Made by a program: the position numbers and the translations under genes. DNA of 64,000 nucleotides. It comes from an uncultured Gammaproteobacteria bacterium. GTDB taxonomy: Bacteria > Patescibacteriota > Microgenomatia > Daviesbacterales > UBA10151. Location of the stretch: the NCBI GenBank assembly GCA_964625535.1, contig CAZVEX010000005.1:3477-67476 (forward strand). Reading direction: 5' to 3'. Below the pieces are notes generated by a model, which was given only the letters and a program-made list of their open reading frames with translations, made no database searches and had not been told where the DNA came from. This document shows, in pieces, positions 10,345 through 20,073 of this stretch. The first letter of the stretch is position 1. Every line of letters begins with the position of its first letter.

Positions 10345-10686
10345 ATGATTTCTAAAGAAATATTAGGGGTATTGGAAGATATAGCGGCTATACTACATAC
10401 TGGATCAACAGCAATGCCAAGCGGAGCTTATTATGTTTACGGGAAAGATGTACAAGAACAGCTAGTCCTAGTAAGAGCCAGACAAGAAACACCTACTGTA
10501 GCGATTCTTCAAGCGGAAATAGCATCCAGAGGAGGAACCAGAGCAACCCTGCAACTGCTAAATCCCACAATTAGAAGGATAGAGCGACCAGGAGATAATT
10601 GGATAAGAATATTCGGGGCTGAAGGTACTTTTTTAATAAGCCCCCAGTTGGGAGCACATATTTCTCACGGCCCACAGGGTTTATAA
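10345..10686 (+). CDS. Hypothetical protein (orphan, 113 aa)
   Basis: ORF fills the gap between valS and rplY; no motif recognised. Confidence 0.55.
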   Translation: MISKEILGVLEDIAAILHTGSTAMPSGAYYVYGKDVQEQLVLVRARQETPTVAILQAEIASRGGTRATLQLLNPTIRRIERPGDNWIRIFGAEGTFLISPQLGAHISHGPQGL

Positions 10687-10739
10687 TTTAAAAACAGGCA
10701 CGAATTCCCGCAAAATCACCGCAAATTAACCGCTTGGAA

Positions 10740-11486
10740 TTATTCTTTTGGGGGTTCTTTAGCTTCCTCTTGAGGCTGTTCAGCTTCAGTAGTAGCTTCG
10801 CCCTCTTCGCCCGCCGCAGCTTCAGCGGAGGCGGGTTCGGCCTCTCCTTCGGCCGGCGCAGCCTCTGCTTGAGCTTCTGCAGCTTCGGCAGCCTCCTCCT
10901 CCAGCAACTTCTCCATTTCTGCAGAAACAGCCGGAGCCAGTTTAACCACAATCTCCTCCAGGTCAGCGTGTATGGTCAATTTTTCCCTGTCAAATTCAAG
11001 TTGCCCCAAAGTTATAGCATCGTTAATTTCTTTAAGTAAACTTTGGTCAACTTCAATTTTTTCTATTAGATCCGCCGGTAGAGCTTCCACCTCCACTTCA
11101 TTTAAGGTTTGAAGAACTATAGCCTCCCCAAGGTGAACTTTTTCCGGCTCCTCCCCAATCAGTTCTATAGGAACAGGCACTTTCACCTTCTGGGATAAAT
11201 TAACCTGATAAAAATCAATATGCAAAGGGCTTCCTGAAATGGGGTCGTATTGCACTCCACGCACCAGCACAGGTCTTATTTTTTCCGCTCCGATCTTTAA
11301 ATCAATTAAACCGGTCTCCCCTGCTTCTTTAAAAGTTTTTAAGAAAGTTTTTCCGTCTACCGAAACATGCTCTGTTCCCAAGCCCTTACCAAAAACATGA
11401 GCCGGGAGTTTACCGCCCCGCCTTAAGTTCTTGACCTTTTTGCCTAAAATTTTTCGCTCTTCAGCAAGCAAACTTAATCTGTCCAT
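10740..11486 (-). CDS. rplY: 50S ribosomal protein L25 (CTC/TL5 type) with acidic tail
   Basis: LRRGGKLPAHVFG, HIDFY, VPIELIGE, EVEVEALP; Ala/Glu-rich C-terminus. Confidence 0.95.
   Translation of the reverse strand: MDRLSLLAEERKILGKKVKNLRRGGKLPAHVFGKGLGTEHVSVDGKTFLKTFKEAGETGLIDLKIGAEKIRPVLVRGVQYDPISGSPLHIDFYQVNLSQKVKVPVPIELIGEEPEKVHLGEAIVLQTLNEVEVEALPADLIEKIEVDQSLLKEINDAITLGQLEFDREKLTIHADLEEIVVKLAPAVSAEMEKLLEEEAAEAAEAQAEAAPAEGEAEPASAEAAAGEEGEATTEAEQPQEEAKEPPKE
10810..10835. repeat. REP-like imperfect palindrome CCCGCC-GCAGCTTCAGCGGA-GGCGGG, in frame in the rplY tail
   Basis: 6-bp GC arms; encodes PASAEAAAG. Confidence 0.5.
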
Positions 11487-11545
11487 GGCTAGTTAATGTA
11501 CCACAAAATTCTCTCCCAAGCAAGCCCAAAAACTTAGCCCGTGGA

Positions 11546-12388
11546 TCAGGCCAGCCCCAAAATCACTACTCCCAGAAGAAGAATAACGGCGCCGGATAAA
11601 ACTTGCATCACCTGTTTTCTTTGAGTAATTTCCTTAAAATAATAAAGTCCCCATAAAACTGCAATCAATATTGCAGACTGACTAACAGGACCCATCTTTG
11701 ATAAACCAATCATAGAAAGCGAGATCAGCGACAGTAAATTACCAATATTCCAAATAAACCCACTTGATAAACTTTCTTTGATGGCCTCATTTTTAAATTT
11801 CACTCTCATTGCTTGTGAGATCAAAATACCTGTAATAAATATTCCCGCGCAAACAGGAAAGAAAAAATCCCGTGTAGCCACATTGCCAACTTTGATGGGT
11901 ACTAACTGGCTACCAAATATTAAACCAGCCACAATCCCTGCCAGCAGCCCTTTTTTAACATTTTGGCTGTGAGTATTACCAGTAGTACTGACTAAAATTA
12001 CTCCTAGCACTATCAGTCCTATCCCGAAAAACCCCATTGTTATGCCAGTAGGTAATTCACCAAACACTAATGCTCCCCATAAAAATGAAGATAGGATGAC
12101 AAGAGATGCTAAAAGCGGGGCCGCTCTCGAAAGCCCCAGATTTAATATAGCAACTAAGGATATGGCATTTGCGCTTGCCCATAAAACTCCGCTTAATAGG
12201 CCATACATATTTAATGTCAGAGAATAACCTAAAATCAAAGAGATCAAGAGCCCTGAAAGTCCTATTCCCACCGCCATTAAGGCCTGAAACTGAAGCAGGT
12301 TTTGAGATTTGGATATTTTAAAGGGGACCATATATGATCCCCAAAATAAAGCTGCCCCCAATGCTGCTAAAAAACCTAAATTTTCCAT
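11546..12388 (-). CDS. GRP/GlcU-like sugar transporter (DMT superfamily)
   Basis: About 10 TM helices, FWGS, LGLSRA.P, WG..vFGE, WNIGN, LWG..YFKE. Confidence 0.8.
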   Translation of the reverse strand: MENLGFLAALGAALFWGSYMVPFKISKSQNLLQFQALMAVGIGLSGLLISLILGYSLTLNMYGLLSGVLWASANAISLVAILNLGLSRAAPLLASLVILSSFLWGALVFGELPTGITMGFFGIGLIVLGVILVSTTGNTHSQNVKKGLLAGIVAGLIFGSQLVPIKVGNVATRDFFFPVCAGIFITGILISQAMRVKFKNEAIKESLSSGFIWNIGNLLSLISLSMIGLSKMGPVSQSAILIAVLWGLYYFKEITQRKQVMQVLSGAVILLLGVVILGLA

Positions 12389-15273
12389 TATTTGCTAAAT
12401 TGTACTTCAAAACTCCTGTCTTTTGACAGATCTGTAGAAATAGTTTGCTCCTGGGGCCCGATCACCCCTTGCTCTCCCTCCAGTTTATAATTGATGGGGT
12501 AGACAATCTTCCATTCCAGAGGCTCTTTCAAAGTACCCGGCTGCTTGATAATATTTAGTTTGTAAGAAGCAAGGTTGTTTTTAAAATCCAGCTTTTCCGG
12601 TAATTGATAGTCCAGAACCAAATTCTTCTGCTCCTTTGGATTTAACTCCAAAAGCATGGAATAGCCGGATCTGCCAAAATCCACAAAATTGGAAACTAAA
12701 GGGGTGATATCCGACTCACCCCACAAAGCCCTGATTAATTTGCTGCCAAAAGGCAGGTACATTCTCATTCTGTTTTTATATTTTCCTGCGGGCCAGACAT
12801 CAGATGGGCTTGCATTTAAATAGTTAATTTTCAATCTGTGGCGTATTTCCCCTTCCCTACCAACAACCGTTTCCAAATTATAATTTCGAACCAAATAATA
12901 ATTAGCCTTATTGGCTCCTAAATTGGCCTCGTTCAAGCTTAAAAAATCCTGAAAAAGACCTTCGATTTTAGCACCTGTCCGAGGCAGTGCCCCTGCCCAG
13001 TTTTCCGATACTACTAAAGAAAAAAGCTTGGGATCATCAAGATATAAAAGCATGTGTTTTTCCTCAAGAGACTGCCCCAGGGCCGACACAATCCCTGGCC
13101 AGTTTTGGCCCGATGAAAAAAAGATTTTATTTAAGGTTTGATTAACCAAGGCGGTTAAAAAGCTCTTTTTGGCTTGAGAACCGGGGAAAAAGCCTGCTTC
13201 CGCATGAGTCACTGCCCGCTCAAACAAATTCTCGTTGGTGATGATCTCGCCGTAGTCGGCCAGATCCAGCGGACCCAACACCTCCAGCAGCTTTTCCATG
13301 CCGGAAACGTCCAAAGCCACCACCCCCCAAACCTTCTCCCCTGTTTCCTTGGTATAAAACCATTCCGCCTGCCTGGCGGAGGTGGGAAAATCCGGTTCCC
13401 AGTTGCTATCGCGCAGATACCAGTTGTTTTGGCCCAGGTCTTCTTTAATTTCCTTGGGAGGCTCAACATGAATGCTTAACTGCCCGTCTATGGCATAAAC
13501 ATCATTTACTTTGAGAGTCTGCAGTTTGCCTCCCTGAAAATTGACCACCGCAAAAGATCCTATAAAACCGCCTGTGGGCCGAAGCTCCATATTGTTTTGC
13601 AGTAAAATCAGGTAGTTTTTACTCCCCTCCATAGCCACAATTTCCGGCAAAATGGCTGCGGCGGCTTTAGCCTGTTTAACCAGATCGCCGTAGAACAAAA
13701 GACTTTTCTTTAAGCTGTTAACTCTGGGGAGCAGAAAACTCGGCACTCTTTGCAAAAATTCCTCTTCACCCAGTTGCGCCTGCGCGTAAGATAAACCCTC
13801 ATAGGCTTTGGCCAGTTCCGCTTGCGAGGCGGCAAAATACTCCTTGGGTGAGGCATTAAGCTCCCCTGTAACAGCCCGCAGGCCCTGATAAAGAAGCTTT
13901 ATTCCTTCAATACTGGACCCTGCTGCGTCTGCCGATGCTTGCGCCAGGCTGGACAACTCATTCCCTAACCTAAATTGATCTTTTAAAAAACCCGCCTCTT
14001 TCAAAGGTTCAAGCTGACTAAAGACGGCTTTTGCCTCCAACGCTACCTGTTGGGCCCGGCCCGCATTTTGCAAGCTGGCTTCAAAATCTCCTTTAGACAA
14101 ATTTTCCGCAGCCCGGGAAAGCTCCATCCTAAAAGTCGACACCCCGACCCCCACCTTTAGAGCGGGCCATAAAAGAGCGTAAAAAATTAATGCCGCAATT
14201 AATAAAGGCCCTATTTTGTATTTGGCAAATTTCATCCCGGGTATTTTCAGAGGTTTTTTTGGAGCAGTCTCTTTAGCCAAATCTTTATGTTTTTCCAAAT
14301 CCTTAAACTCCTCCAGCTCCTTTTTTTTGTCACTCCCCCATTCCATATCTTTTTTAATCTCCTCTTCCTGCTCCAAATTCTCTGGCATGTCAAAACTGCG
14401 ATCCTTAAAATAGCTTAGAGTCTCTTTTAAAGCTTCAACCAGGCCTGTTTGTGGATGCCAGTTTAGAAATTGAATAGTTTTTTGCAAATTGGGAGTTGGC
14501 CAGGGCGGCAATTCCTGGGGAGTAAAACCCTTTTGGTCGTACCAGACAGGATCCAAAAGCACTTGTTTTATTTCAGTCACTTTGATCGGAGTGGGCAGTA
14601 CTCCGTCAAAGATTTTTAAAGCCGTGGCCCCGGACAGCATGCTTTTAACTGCCAAATCCACCGCATCGCCGATAAACAAACTTCTGGCGGAAAAATCCGC
14701 CACCAGCGTTTCACTTTGCAACTCCCCTTTTAAGGCAGCATAGATCAGACGGGCAATCGGATCATCCTTGGCAAAATCCATTCTGGGGCCAAAAACCGGG
14801 CCCAAACGCAGGATTCTGGCGTTTAAATGATGCTCGCTGGCAAACCCGGCGAGGCGAGCTTCCATCCTTTTTAACCAACTTAAATCCTCTGAAGTTTTAG
14901 CGTCGTACAGCTTGATGTTGGAAACCAGGAGAAAACGGCAGGTATGTTTTTTAAAATAATCAAAAATTACTCCCAAATCCCATTTTTTTTGGGGAATAAC
15001 ATAAATATAATCAAGTCTTGACAAATCAAGATCCAAACTGCTGGGAGGGGAGATAACCAGATGGAAATTTTTACTCTTGGATGATACTTGTAGATTTTCC
15101 TTTTTCCCTTCTTTAAAATCATCTACCCCCACTACCTGCAAACCTTTATCCAGCAAACGGTCAACCACGCTCGAACCCAAAAATCCCGCAGCTCCCACAA
15201 CTAAAGCTACCGGAGTGTTTCGCGAAAGTAAAATGCTTGCTTTTTGGTTGATATAATTTGGCTTTTCGTCCAC
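12388..15273 (-). CDS. Fusion of a degenerate NAD-dependent epimerase (SDR) domain, a TM helix and an extracellular DUF4012-like domain
   Basis: N-terminal GAAGFLG and R..PVFGP; TM near aa 355-375; YLILLQNNMELRPTGGFIGS, RDSNWEPDFP and NKANY motifs typical of DUF4012. Confidence 0.78.
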   Translation of the reverse strand: MDEKPNYINQKASILLSRNTPVALVVGAAGFLGSSVVDRLLDKGLQVVGVDDFKEGKKENLQVSSKSKNFHLVISPPSSLDLDLSRLDYIYVIPQKKWDLGVIFDYFKKHTCRFLLVSNIKLYDAKTSEDLSWLKRMEARLAGFASEHHLNARILRLGPVFGPRMDFAKDDPIARLIYAALKGELQSETLVADFSARSLFIGDAVDLAVKSMLSGATALKIFDGVLPTPIKVTEIKQVLLDPVWYDQKGFTPQELPPWPTPNLQKTIQFLNWHPQTGLVEALKETLSYFKDRSFDMPENLEQEEEIKKDMEWGSDKKKELEEFKDLEKHKDLAKETAPKKPLKIPGMKFAKYKIGPLLIAALIFYALLWPALKVGVGVSTFRMELSRAAENLSKGDFEASLQNAGRAQQVALEAKAVFSQLEPLKEAGFLKDQFRLGNELSSLAQASADAAGSSIEGIKLLYQGLRAVTGELNASPKEYFAASQAELAKAYEGLSYAQAQLGEEEFLQRVPSFLLPRVNSLKKSLLFYGDLVKQAKAAAAILPEIVAMEGSKNYLILLQNNMELRPTGGFIGSFAVVNFQGGKLQTLKVNDVYAIDGQLSIHVEPPKEIKEDLGQNNWYLRDSNWEPDFPTSARQAEWFYTKETGEKVWGVVALDVSGMEKLLEVLGPLDLADYGEIITNENLFERAVTHAEAGFFPGSQAKKSFLTALVNQTLNKIFFSSGQNWPGIVSALGQSLEEKHMLLYLDDPKLFSLVVSENWAGALPRTGAKIEGLFQDFLSLNEANLGANKANYYLVRNYNLETVVGREGEIRHRLKINYLNASPSDVWPAGKYKNRMRMYLPFGSKLIRALWGESDITPLVSNFVDFGRSGYSMLLELNPKEQKNLVLDYQLPEKLDFKNNLASYKLNIIKQPGTLKEPLEWKIVYPINYKLEGEQGVIGPQEQTISTDLSKDRSFEVQFSK

Positions 15274-15324
15274 GCGTAAATCGTAGCACTAAAATCAGGT
15301 AATGCAAGAGAGAGGAATGGTATC

Positions 15325-15735
15325 TTAATAGATCCTGTCTAAGGCTTCATTGGCCAGTTGGTCGGCCCGGAAATTTTCCGATCTTGGCACATGAGAAAAG
15401 GTAACTCCGCAAAGTTCCAGAGATAAAATTTTAATTTGTTGAAATATTGGCTTTAGGTGTTTAGCCTTAATTTTAAAATTCCCTGAAAGCTGCTCTGCCA
15501 CCAGCTTGGAATCGGCAAAAAGTTCTGTCGTCTCTATCTCTTCGCTCAAGTTGTCCTTGACATACTGCAAAGCTTTTAAAACAGCTGTGTATTCGGCCAC
15601 ATTATTGGTTGTTACTCCTATGTATTTACCCTCCTGGTGGATAAGTTTTCCACTTTTTTCGGAAATAGTAAAGCCGTAAGAGGCTTTTCCGGGATTACCG
15701 CGCGAAGCTCCATCTGTGTAAATAATCAATTTCAT
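15325..15735 (-). CDS. rnhA: Ribonuclease HI
   Basis: YTDGASRGNPG, TNNVAEY, DSKLV, HVPRSEN..AD.LAN; start reassigned to ATG 15735, which overlaps the flippase stop. Confidence 0.92.
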   Translation of the reverse strand: MKLIIYTDGASRGNPGKASYGFTISEKSGKLIHQEGKYIGVTTNNVAEYTAVLKALQYVKDNLSEEIETTELFADSKLVAEQLSGNFKIKAKHLKPIFQQIKILSLELCGVTFSHVPRSENFRADQLANEALDRIY

Positions 15736-16952
15736 TTCCTTAAGAGTATGGCTGCTTGCAGCCCCAAAATCAAGTATTCGGAAATTCCCGTAATCCAAGA
15801 AGCTGCCACATATGAATATCGGGGAATAAAAATAAAATTTAAAGCGATGTTTGTTACTAACCCCAAGCTGTAAATCAAAAGCATTTTTTTATACATTTTC
15901 TTGGCCACCATCATCCACATGAGCAGAGCGGATAAAAAATAGGCGGGTAAACCCAGGGAAAGAATCTGCAGGGAGGTCGCAGAACCCGCAAATCCCGTAC
16001 CTGTAATTAATTTAATTATGAGGGGTGATAAGTAGTAAATAACCAGTAGTATGGAAAAGGATAAAAACAAAAGTCCCAAAGCTGCCATTTTGATTTGATA
16101 ACCAAAACGGTCAATATTGTTTTTTAAGGTTTGGAGCATCATGGGATAAAAAGAGTTCATAATGAAGGTAGGTAGTACCAAAATAGACTGAAACACTTGA
16201 TAAGCCACATTATAAATACCAACTTCAGCTGAACCTTTGTAAAAGGAGATTATAAAAGCGTCAGCCCTAAAATAGATAACATTTAAAAATAGCGTTGCTG
16301 CCAGAGGAAAGCTACCTTGAAATAAAGCCACCAGATATTTTTTGCTAAAAATGGGGGAGAGTTGTTTAATAATTCTTCTGACCAGAAGTAGCAGAAGGCC
16401 GGTATAAATAAGCCATGACAAAACATAACCAACAGTCAATAAATACACAGGCGCGCGGGCGCTTGACAAATAAAAAATCAATAAAACTCCGGCCGGAGCG
16501 GACAGAAAAACAGGCCAGGTAGAATATTCATATTTTAGATTAACTTGAATTAATGCTTGAGCGCAGAAAAACAGGCTATTTAGAAAAATCGTTAACACAC
16601 CAACTAAAACAGCTAATTTAAAATCCACTAGACCGGGCGCAAAAACAAGTGGTAACACGGCTGCCAGAATTGTTAAAAATGCTCCCCAGAGAATTCTAAT
16701 TCCTAATAATTTTCTCCATTCTAAAGAGAAGTTCGACTCCTGAAGTCTTCTTAAAATATAACCGTTAAAACCGAAATCAGCTAAAACATAAAAGAAGGCT
16801 AAATAAGTCAGTGCTAAAGTAAAATCTCCTAAACCTGCTTCACCGTAATTTCTCGAAACTATCCCTAAAATAACAAATCCGCCTGAAGTGGTAACTACCT
16901 TAAAAACAGCCTGCCAAAAAGTCTGCTGGAAGATTTTTTTAACCTTTTGCAC
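15732..16952 (-). CDS. Oligosaccharide flippase (Wzx / polysaccharide biosynthesis family)
   Basis: 12 or more TM helices, LADFGF, IYFRAD, EVGIYNVAY, NIALNFIFIP. Confidence 0.85.
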   Translation of the reverse strand: MQKVKKIFQQTFWQAVFKVVTTSGGFVILGIVSRNYGEAGLGDFTLALTYLAFFYVLADFGFNGYILRRLQESNFSLEWRKLLGIRILWGAFLTILAAVLPLVFAPGLVDFKLAVLVGVLTIFLNSLFFCAQALIQVNLKYEYSTWPVFLSAPAGVLLIFYLSSARAPVYLLTVGYVLSWLIYTGLLLLLVRRIIKQLSPIFSKKYLVALFQGSFPLAATLFLNVIYFRADAFIISFYKGSAEVGIYNVAYQVFQSILVLPTFIMNSFYPMMLQTLKNNIDRFGYQIKMAALGLLFLSFSILLVIYYLSPLIIKLITGTGFAGSATSLQILSLGLPAYFLSALLMWMMVAKKMYKKMLLIYSLGLVTNIALNFIFIPRYSYVAASWITGISEYLILGLQAAILLRK

Positions 16953-16956
16953 AAAA

Positions 16957-18102
16957 TCATTTTAACTTTAAACGGGCTAAAGATAAACCCCAAACTAAAA
17001 ATAACAATCTGTAACCTTGAGGCAGGGTTAAAAAGTAATGGTCAAATAAACCCAGGAATAGTATGGCGTATAGGGTATAGCGTATAGAGGGTAATTTCAA
17101 AAAATAGCCAATAAGACCAATAAATCCAATTAGACCTATTATCCCGGTCTCCGAGAGCTCAAGAAGAAAAATATTGTGCACGGGCTGTAAAAATCTGCTG
17201 GGGCCAGAAACTAAATCCTGCTGGGCCGAAATAAAATTATTTAAGCCCACCCCAAAAAGAGGCGCGCTTTTAAACATTTCCCAGGCTTCAATGCTTAAAC
17301 CTTCTCTTCGCAAGATCGTTAAACTATCATAACTAAAAAGAGCCTGGAATCTGGTATAAAGAATGGGGGAAAGCAAAAGCGCTGATACCAACAAAATAAG
17401 TTGCCATTTTTTAGGTAAAGTCAGAAGCCCCAAGATAAATCCTCCCAAAATTGCCACTCTGGACATAGTTAAAACAATTATTATTCCACCAATTATCAGT
17501 AAAATTCTTGAGGAAAGCAGTGATAGAACAACTATCATGTATCCTGCCAAAACATTGGGATGAGGAAAGGTTGCGTAAGGCCGTAAAAATTGCCAGCCGA
17601 AGAAATCAAACTTGGCAATACCCGGCGTTGAAATAGAAAAAGTTCTTTCCCCTAAAATCCAAAGCCCCAGTGTCCCTCCTTTTATAAATTGTAAAATAGC
17701 CAAGCCTGCCTCAAATAAAATCCCTACAGAAAGAGGCAAAAAAATTCTATTTAAATTTTCCCATCTTTGGGATGCAAGGTAGACTCCCAAAAAACCAGCT
17801 ATTACATATTGTTCCAGCCTGACTAAACCCGCTCCGATATTTTCCGCTCCTAATAAAGATAAAGCTTGGGTTATTAAAAAAATTAGCAGCAGATTTAAGG
17901 CTAATTTATTAACTTTTGGTTTTGTTATAACCCAGGTTATTAAAAGTCCTATTACCAATATGTCCCAAAAATATAAAGTGGGGGAAAGATAGTCTATTTT
18001 TAGGGAATAAATATAGGAAAATTGTGGCCAAAAATGGCGACCAAGTTGAGTGGGTAAAAAGAGCAGGGTTAGAAAAAGAAGAATGCTCTCAATCCTCTTC
18101 AC
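16957..18102 (-). CDS. O-antigen ligase / Wzy_C family protein
   Basis: RPYATFPHPNVLA, TMSR, PLFGVGLNNF, VHNIFL..LSETG. Confidence 0.88.
   Translation of the reverse strand: MKRIESILLFLTLLFLPTQLGRHFWPQFSYIYSLKIDYLSPTLYFWDILVIGLLITWVITKPKVNKLALNLLLIFLITQALSLLGAENIGAGLVRLEQYVIAGFLGVYLASQRWENLNRIFLPLSVGILFEAGLAILQFIKGGTLGLWILGERTFSISTPGIAKFDFFGWQFLRPYATFPHPNVLAGYMIVVLSLLSSRILLIIGGIIIVLTMSRVAILGGFILGLLTLPKKWQLILLVSALLLSPILYTRFQALFSYDSLTILRREGLSIEAWEMFKSAPLFGVGLNNFISAQQDLVSGPSRFLQPVHNIFLLELSETGIIGLIGFIGLIGYFLKLPSIRYTLYAILFLGLFDHYFLTLPQGYRLLFLVWGLSLARLKLK
17061..17143. repeat. Adjacent in-frame 7-bp (GTATRGN) and 9-bp (CCAATWARW-like) tandem tracts in the O-antigen ligase gene
   Basis: gtatggc gtatagg gtatagc gtataga encodes SIRYTLYAI; ccaataaga ccaataaat ccaattaga cctattatc encodes IIGLIGFIGLIG. 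Confidence 0.7.
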
Positions 18103-18551
18103 TTTTGGCTTTTGACTTTAATCACAATATGTCTGTCCCGTCCCTCGCCAATGCTCTCGCTTTCAACTCCTTCCATCTCCGATACCACCATATGTACTAT
18201 TCGCCGCTGCCAGGGACTCATTGGCTCAAGTTCTAAATCCGCTCCCGTATCTAAAACCTTCGTCACCCAGCTTTTTGCGCTGGCAGCGAGCTCTTCTTCT
18301 TTTTGTTTTCTCCACCCTCCCACATCCAAAATTACTCTTTTATAATCATCTGCCATTTTTCTGGAAATCATCTGATTAACGATTAACTGCAGCCCGTCCA
18401 AAGATTGCCCTCCCGAACCAATTAAGCGGCCCGCGTCTTTGGTTTCAATCAAAACATGAAGGCCGTTTTCATCTTCCTCAATTTCATAAGAGCCTTCCAA
18501 AAGAAGCAGTCCCAAGATATAATCTAAAATGTTTGATAGTTCTTGTTCCAT
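18099..18551 (-). CDS. jag: Jag/KhpB RNA-binding protein (KH + R3H, no Jag_N domain)
   Basis: GRLIG..GQSLD.LQ, LEPMSPWQRRIVH, SESIGEG.DR; downstream of yidC. Confidence 0.88.
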   Translation of the reverse strand: MEQELSNILDYILGLLLLEGSYEIEEDENGLHVLIETKDAGRLIGSGGQSLDGLQLIVNQMISRKMADDYKRVILDVGGWRKQKEEELAASAKSWVTKVLDTGADLELEPMSPWQRRIVHMVVSEMEGVESESIGEGRDRHIVIKVKSQK

Positions 18552-18563
18552 AAATTTTACACC

Positions 18564-19409
18564 TTACGCTTTAAATTTAAACTTTCCGGCGAAGCCGGAT
18601 AAACCTCCCCAGCCCGCCAGCCGATATTGCTGAATTATCCCCAGTATTGTATATGTATTCCAGTAAATTGCAAGCCCGATGGGAAATTGAAAGGCAAAAT
18701 AGCCTATCATGACAGGCATCAGATAAACCATTTGAGATTGGACCTGGCCCATGCTTTCTTCCAATCCCTCTTTTTCTTTTGTTTCTTTGGGGCTCTCTCC
18801 GGCATGATGCTTAATAGCCTTGGGCATGGTCATTTTTGACTGGATAAAGGTTAAGGCGGCGGTTGCAACAGGAATCAAAAGCAGGGCCGGCCCGTATTTA
18901 ACAAATTCCGACGGCTTAACCCCTAAATTCAATCCGAAGAAATTCGGGTCGGGCAAGCTCTTTAGATGCATGGAAGGGACATACAGGAGCGAATTCACCC
19001 AATCTAAATTGGCCTGACCCGTTCCGGGCAAAATATTAATAATTGCCTGGTACAACCCGATGAATACGGGGATCTGAAGAAGCGCCGGCAAACAGCCTCC
19101 GGCAGGATTAACTCCATGCTCTTTATAAAGAGCCATTTGAGCGCCGGCCAGAGCTTTTTTGTCGCCTGAATGTTTTTTCTTAAGCTCGTCCAGATGAGGT
19201 TTTAAATCGGCCATTTTTTTGGTCATTTTAATTTGAGACGACATCAACGGCCAGACCAAAAGTCTGATGGCCACGGTTAAAATAATCAGGGCAAATCCCA
19301 AGGCCCCAGGGAGGCGCAATGACTGCAAAAACTGGAATGTAATTATCAGAAGATTAATAATCGGCTGTATAAACGCGGCAATAAAAATATCCCCGATATT
19401 CATCTGCAA
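18564..19409 (-). CDS. yidC: Membrane protein insertase
   Basis: LYKEHGVNPAGGCLP.LLQIP, P.GLAIYW; synteny. Confidence 0.95.
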   Translation of the reverse strand: MQMNIGDIFIAAFIQPIINLLIITFQFLQSLRLPGALGFALIILTVAIRLLVWPLMSSQIKMTKKMADLKPHLDELKKKHSGDKKALAGAQMALYKEHGVNPAGGCLPALLQIPVFIGLYQAIINILPGTGQANLDWVNSLLYVPSMHLKSLPDPNFFGLNLGVKPSEFVKYGPALLLIPVATAALTFIQSKMTMPKAIKHHAGESPKETKEKEGLEESMGQVQSQMVYLMPVMIGYFAFQFPIGLAIYWNTYTILGIIQQYRLAGWGGLSGFAGKFKFKA

Positions 19410-19600
19410 CTCCAGATTCTTTTTACGCCCATCAATACCCCTTTAATGATCCCGAAACGCATGACGCTTTGTTTGGTATATTCAGAGCAGGAAATGGGAT
19501 TTTTGCAAGCTCCTCCGGGGGCAAAAACCCGTAGCAACCCATGGTCAAAAGATAAGAATAATTGATAAAAGTTAATTAGGCTAATTAATAATCTTCTCAT
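19400..19600 (-). CDS. yidD: Membrane protein insertion efficiency factor
   Basis: C..P.SCSEY...GIIKG...RI..C; synteny. Confidence 0.85.
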   Translation of the reverse strand: MRRLLISLINFYQLFLSFDHGLLRVFAPGGACKNPISCSEYTKQSVMRFGIIKGVLMGVKRIWSCR

Positions 19601-19919
19601 TTCGTAACTTTTCCTCTAAATCCAAAAACACCAGACCTGATTTTACACTAAGAATACCTGCTTTGGGAAGGGCCACTATGTTTATGCCTGCAGGCAAGAT
19701 AGGAAACAGCGCCTCTACGGCCCAGGAAGTAAGCCTCTTGGCTCTATTTCTCTCTGCGGCTTTTTTAAATGATTTTCCGGAAACGGCAATGCCGATCCTG
19801 GGCTTTGCATTATCACCCGTTTTGATAAAAAGTTTTAAGTATTTAGTTTCCAGTTTCTTGCCTGCGGCAACCCGCTTAAAATCTGTTTTTAAGTTGAGTC
19901 TTTGGGATTTAGGAAGCAT
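19581..19919 (-). CDS. rnpA: Ribonuclease P protein component
   Basis: MLPK..RL, RIGIAVS, KA.ERNRAKR; synteny. Confidence 0.92.
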   Translation of the reverse strand: MLPKSQRLNLKTDFKRVAAGKKLETKYLKLFIKTGDNAKPRIGIAVSGKSFKKAAERNRAKRLTSWAVEALFPILPAGINIVALPKAGILSVKSGLVFLDLEEKLRNEKIIN

Positions 19920-19926
19920 ATTGAAG

Positions 19927-20064
19927 CTAGACCGTCAGTTTTTTCCTGCCTCTTGCCATTCTTCTTTTCAAAACCCTTCTGCCGTCGTGAGTTCTTGCCC
20001 TTTTAAGAAACCCGTGCTTTTTCGCTCTTTTTAATTTTTTGGGCTGGTATGTTCTTTTCGGCAT
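19927..20064 (-). CDS. rpmH: 50S ribosomal protein L34 (absent from the ORF track)
   Basis: Hand translation: [45 protein letters not shown]. Confidence 0.97.
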   Translation of the reverse strand: MPKRTYQPKKLKRAKKHGFLKRARTHDGRRVLKRRMARGRKKLTV

Positions 20065-20073
20065 ACCAGTTGA

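Noticed and set aside
10688-10951. 87-aa basic ORF overlapping the rplY 3' end
   Set aside because: Alternative frame of the low-complexity Ala/Glu tail and its embedded palindrome.
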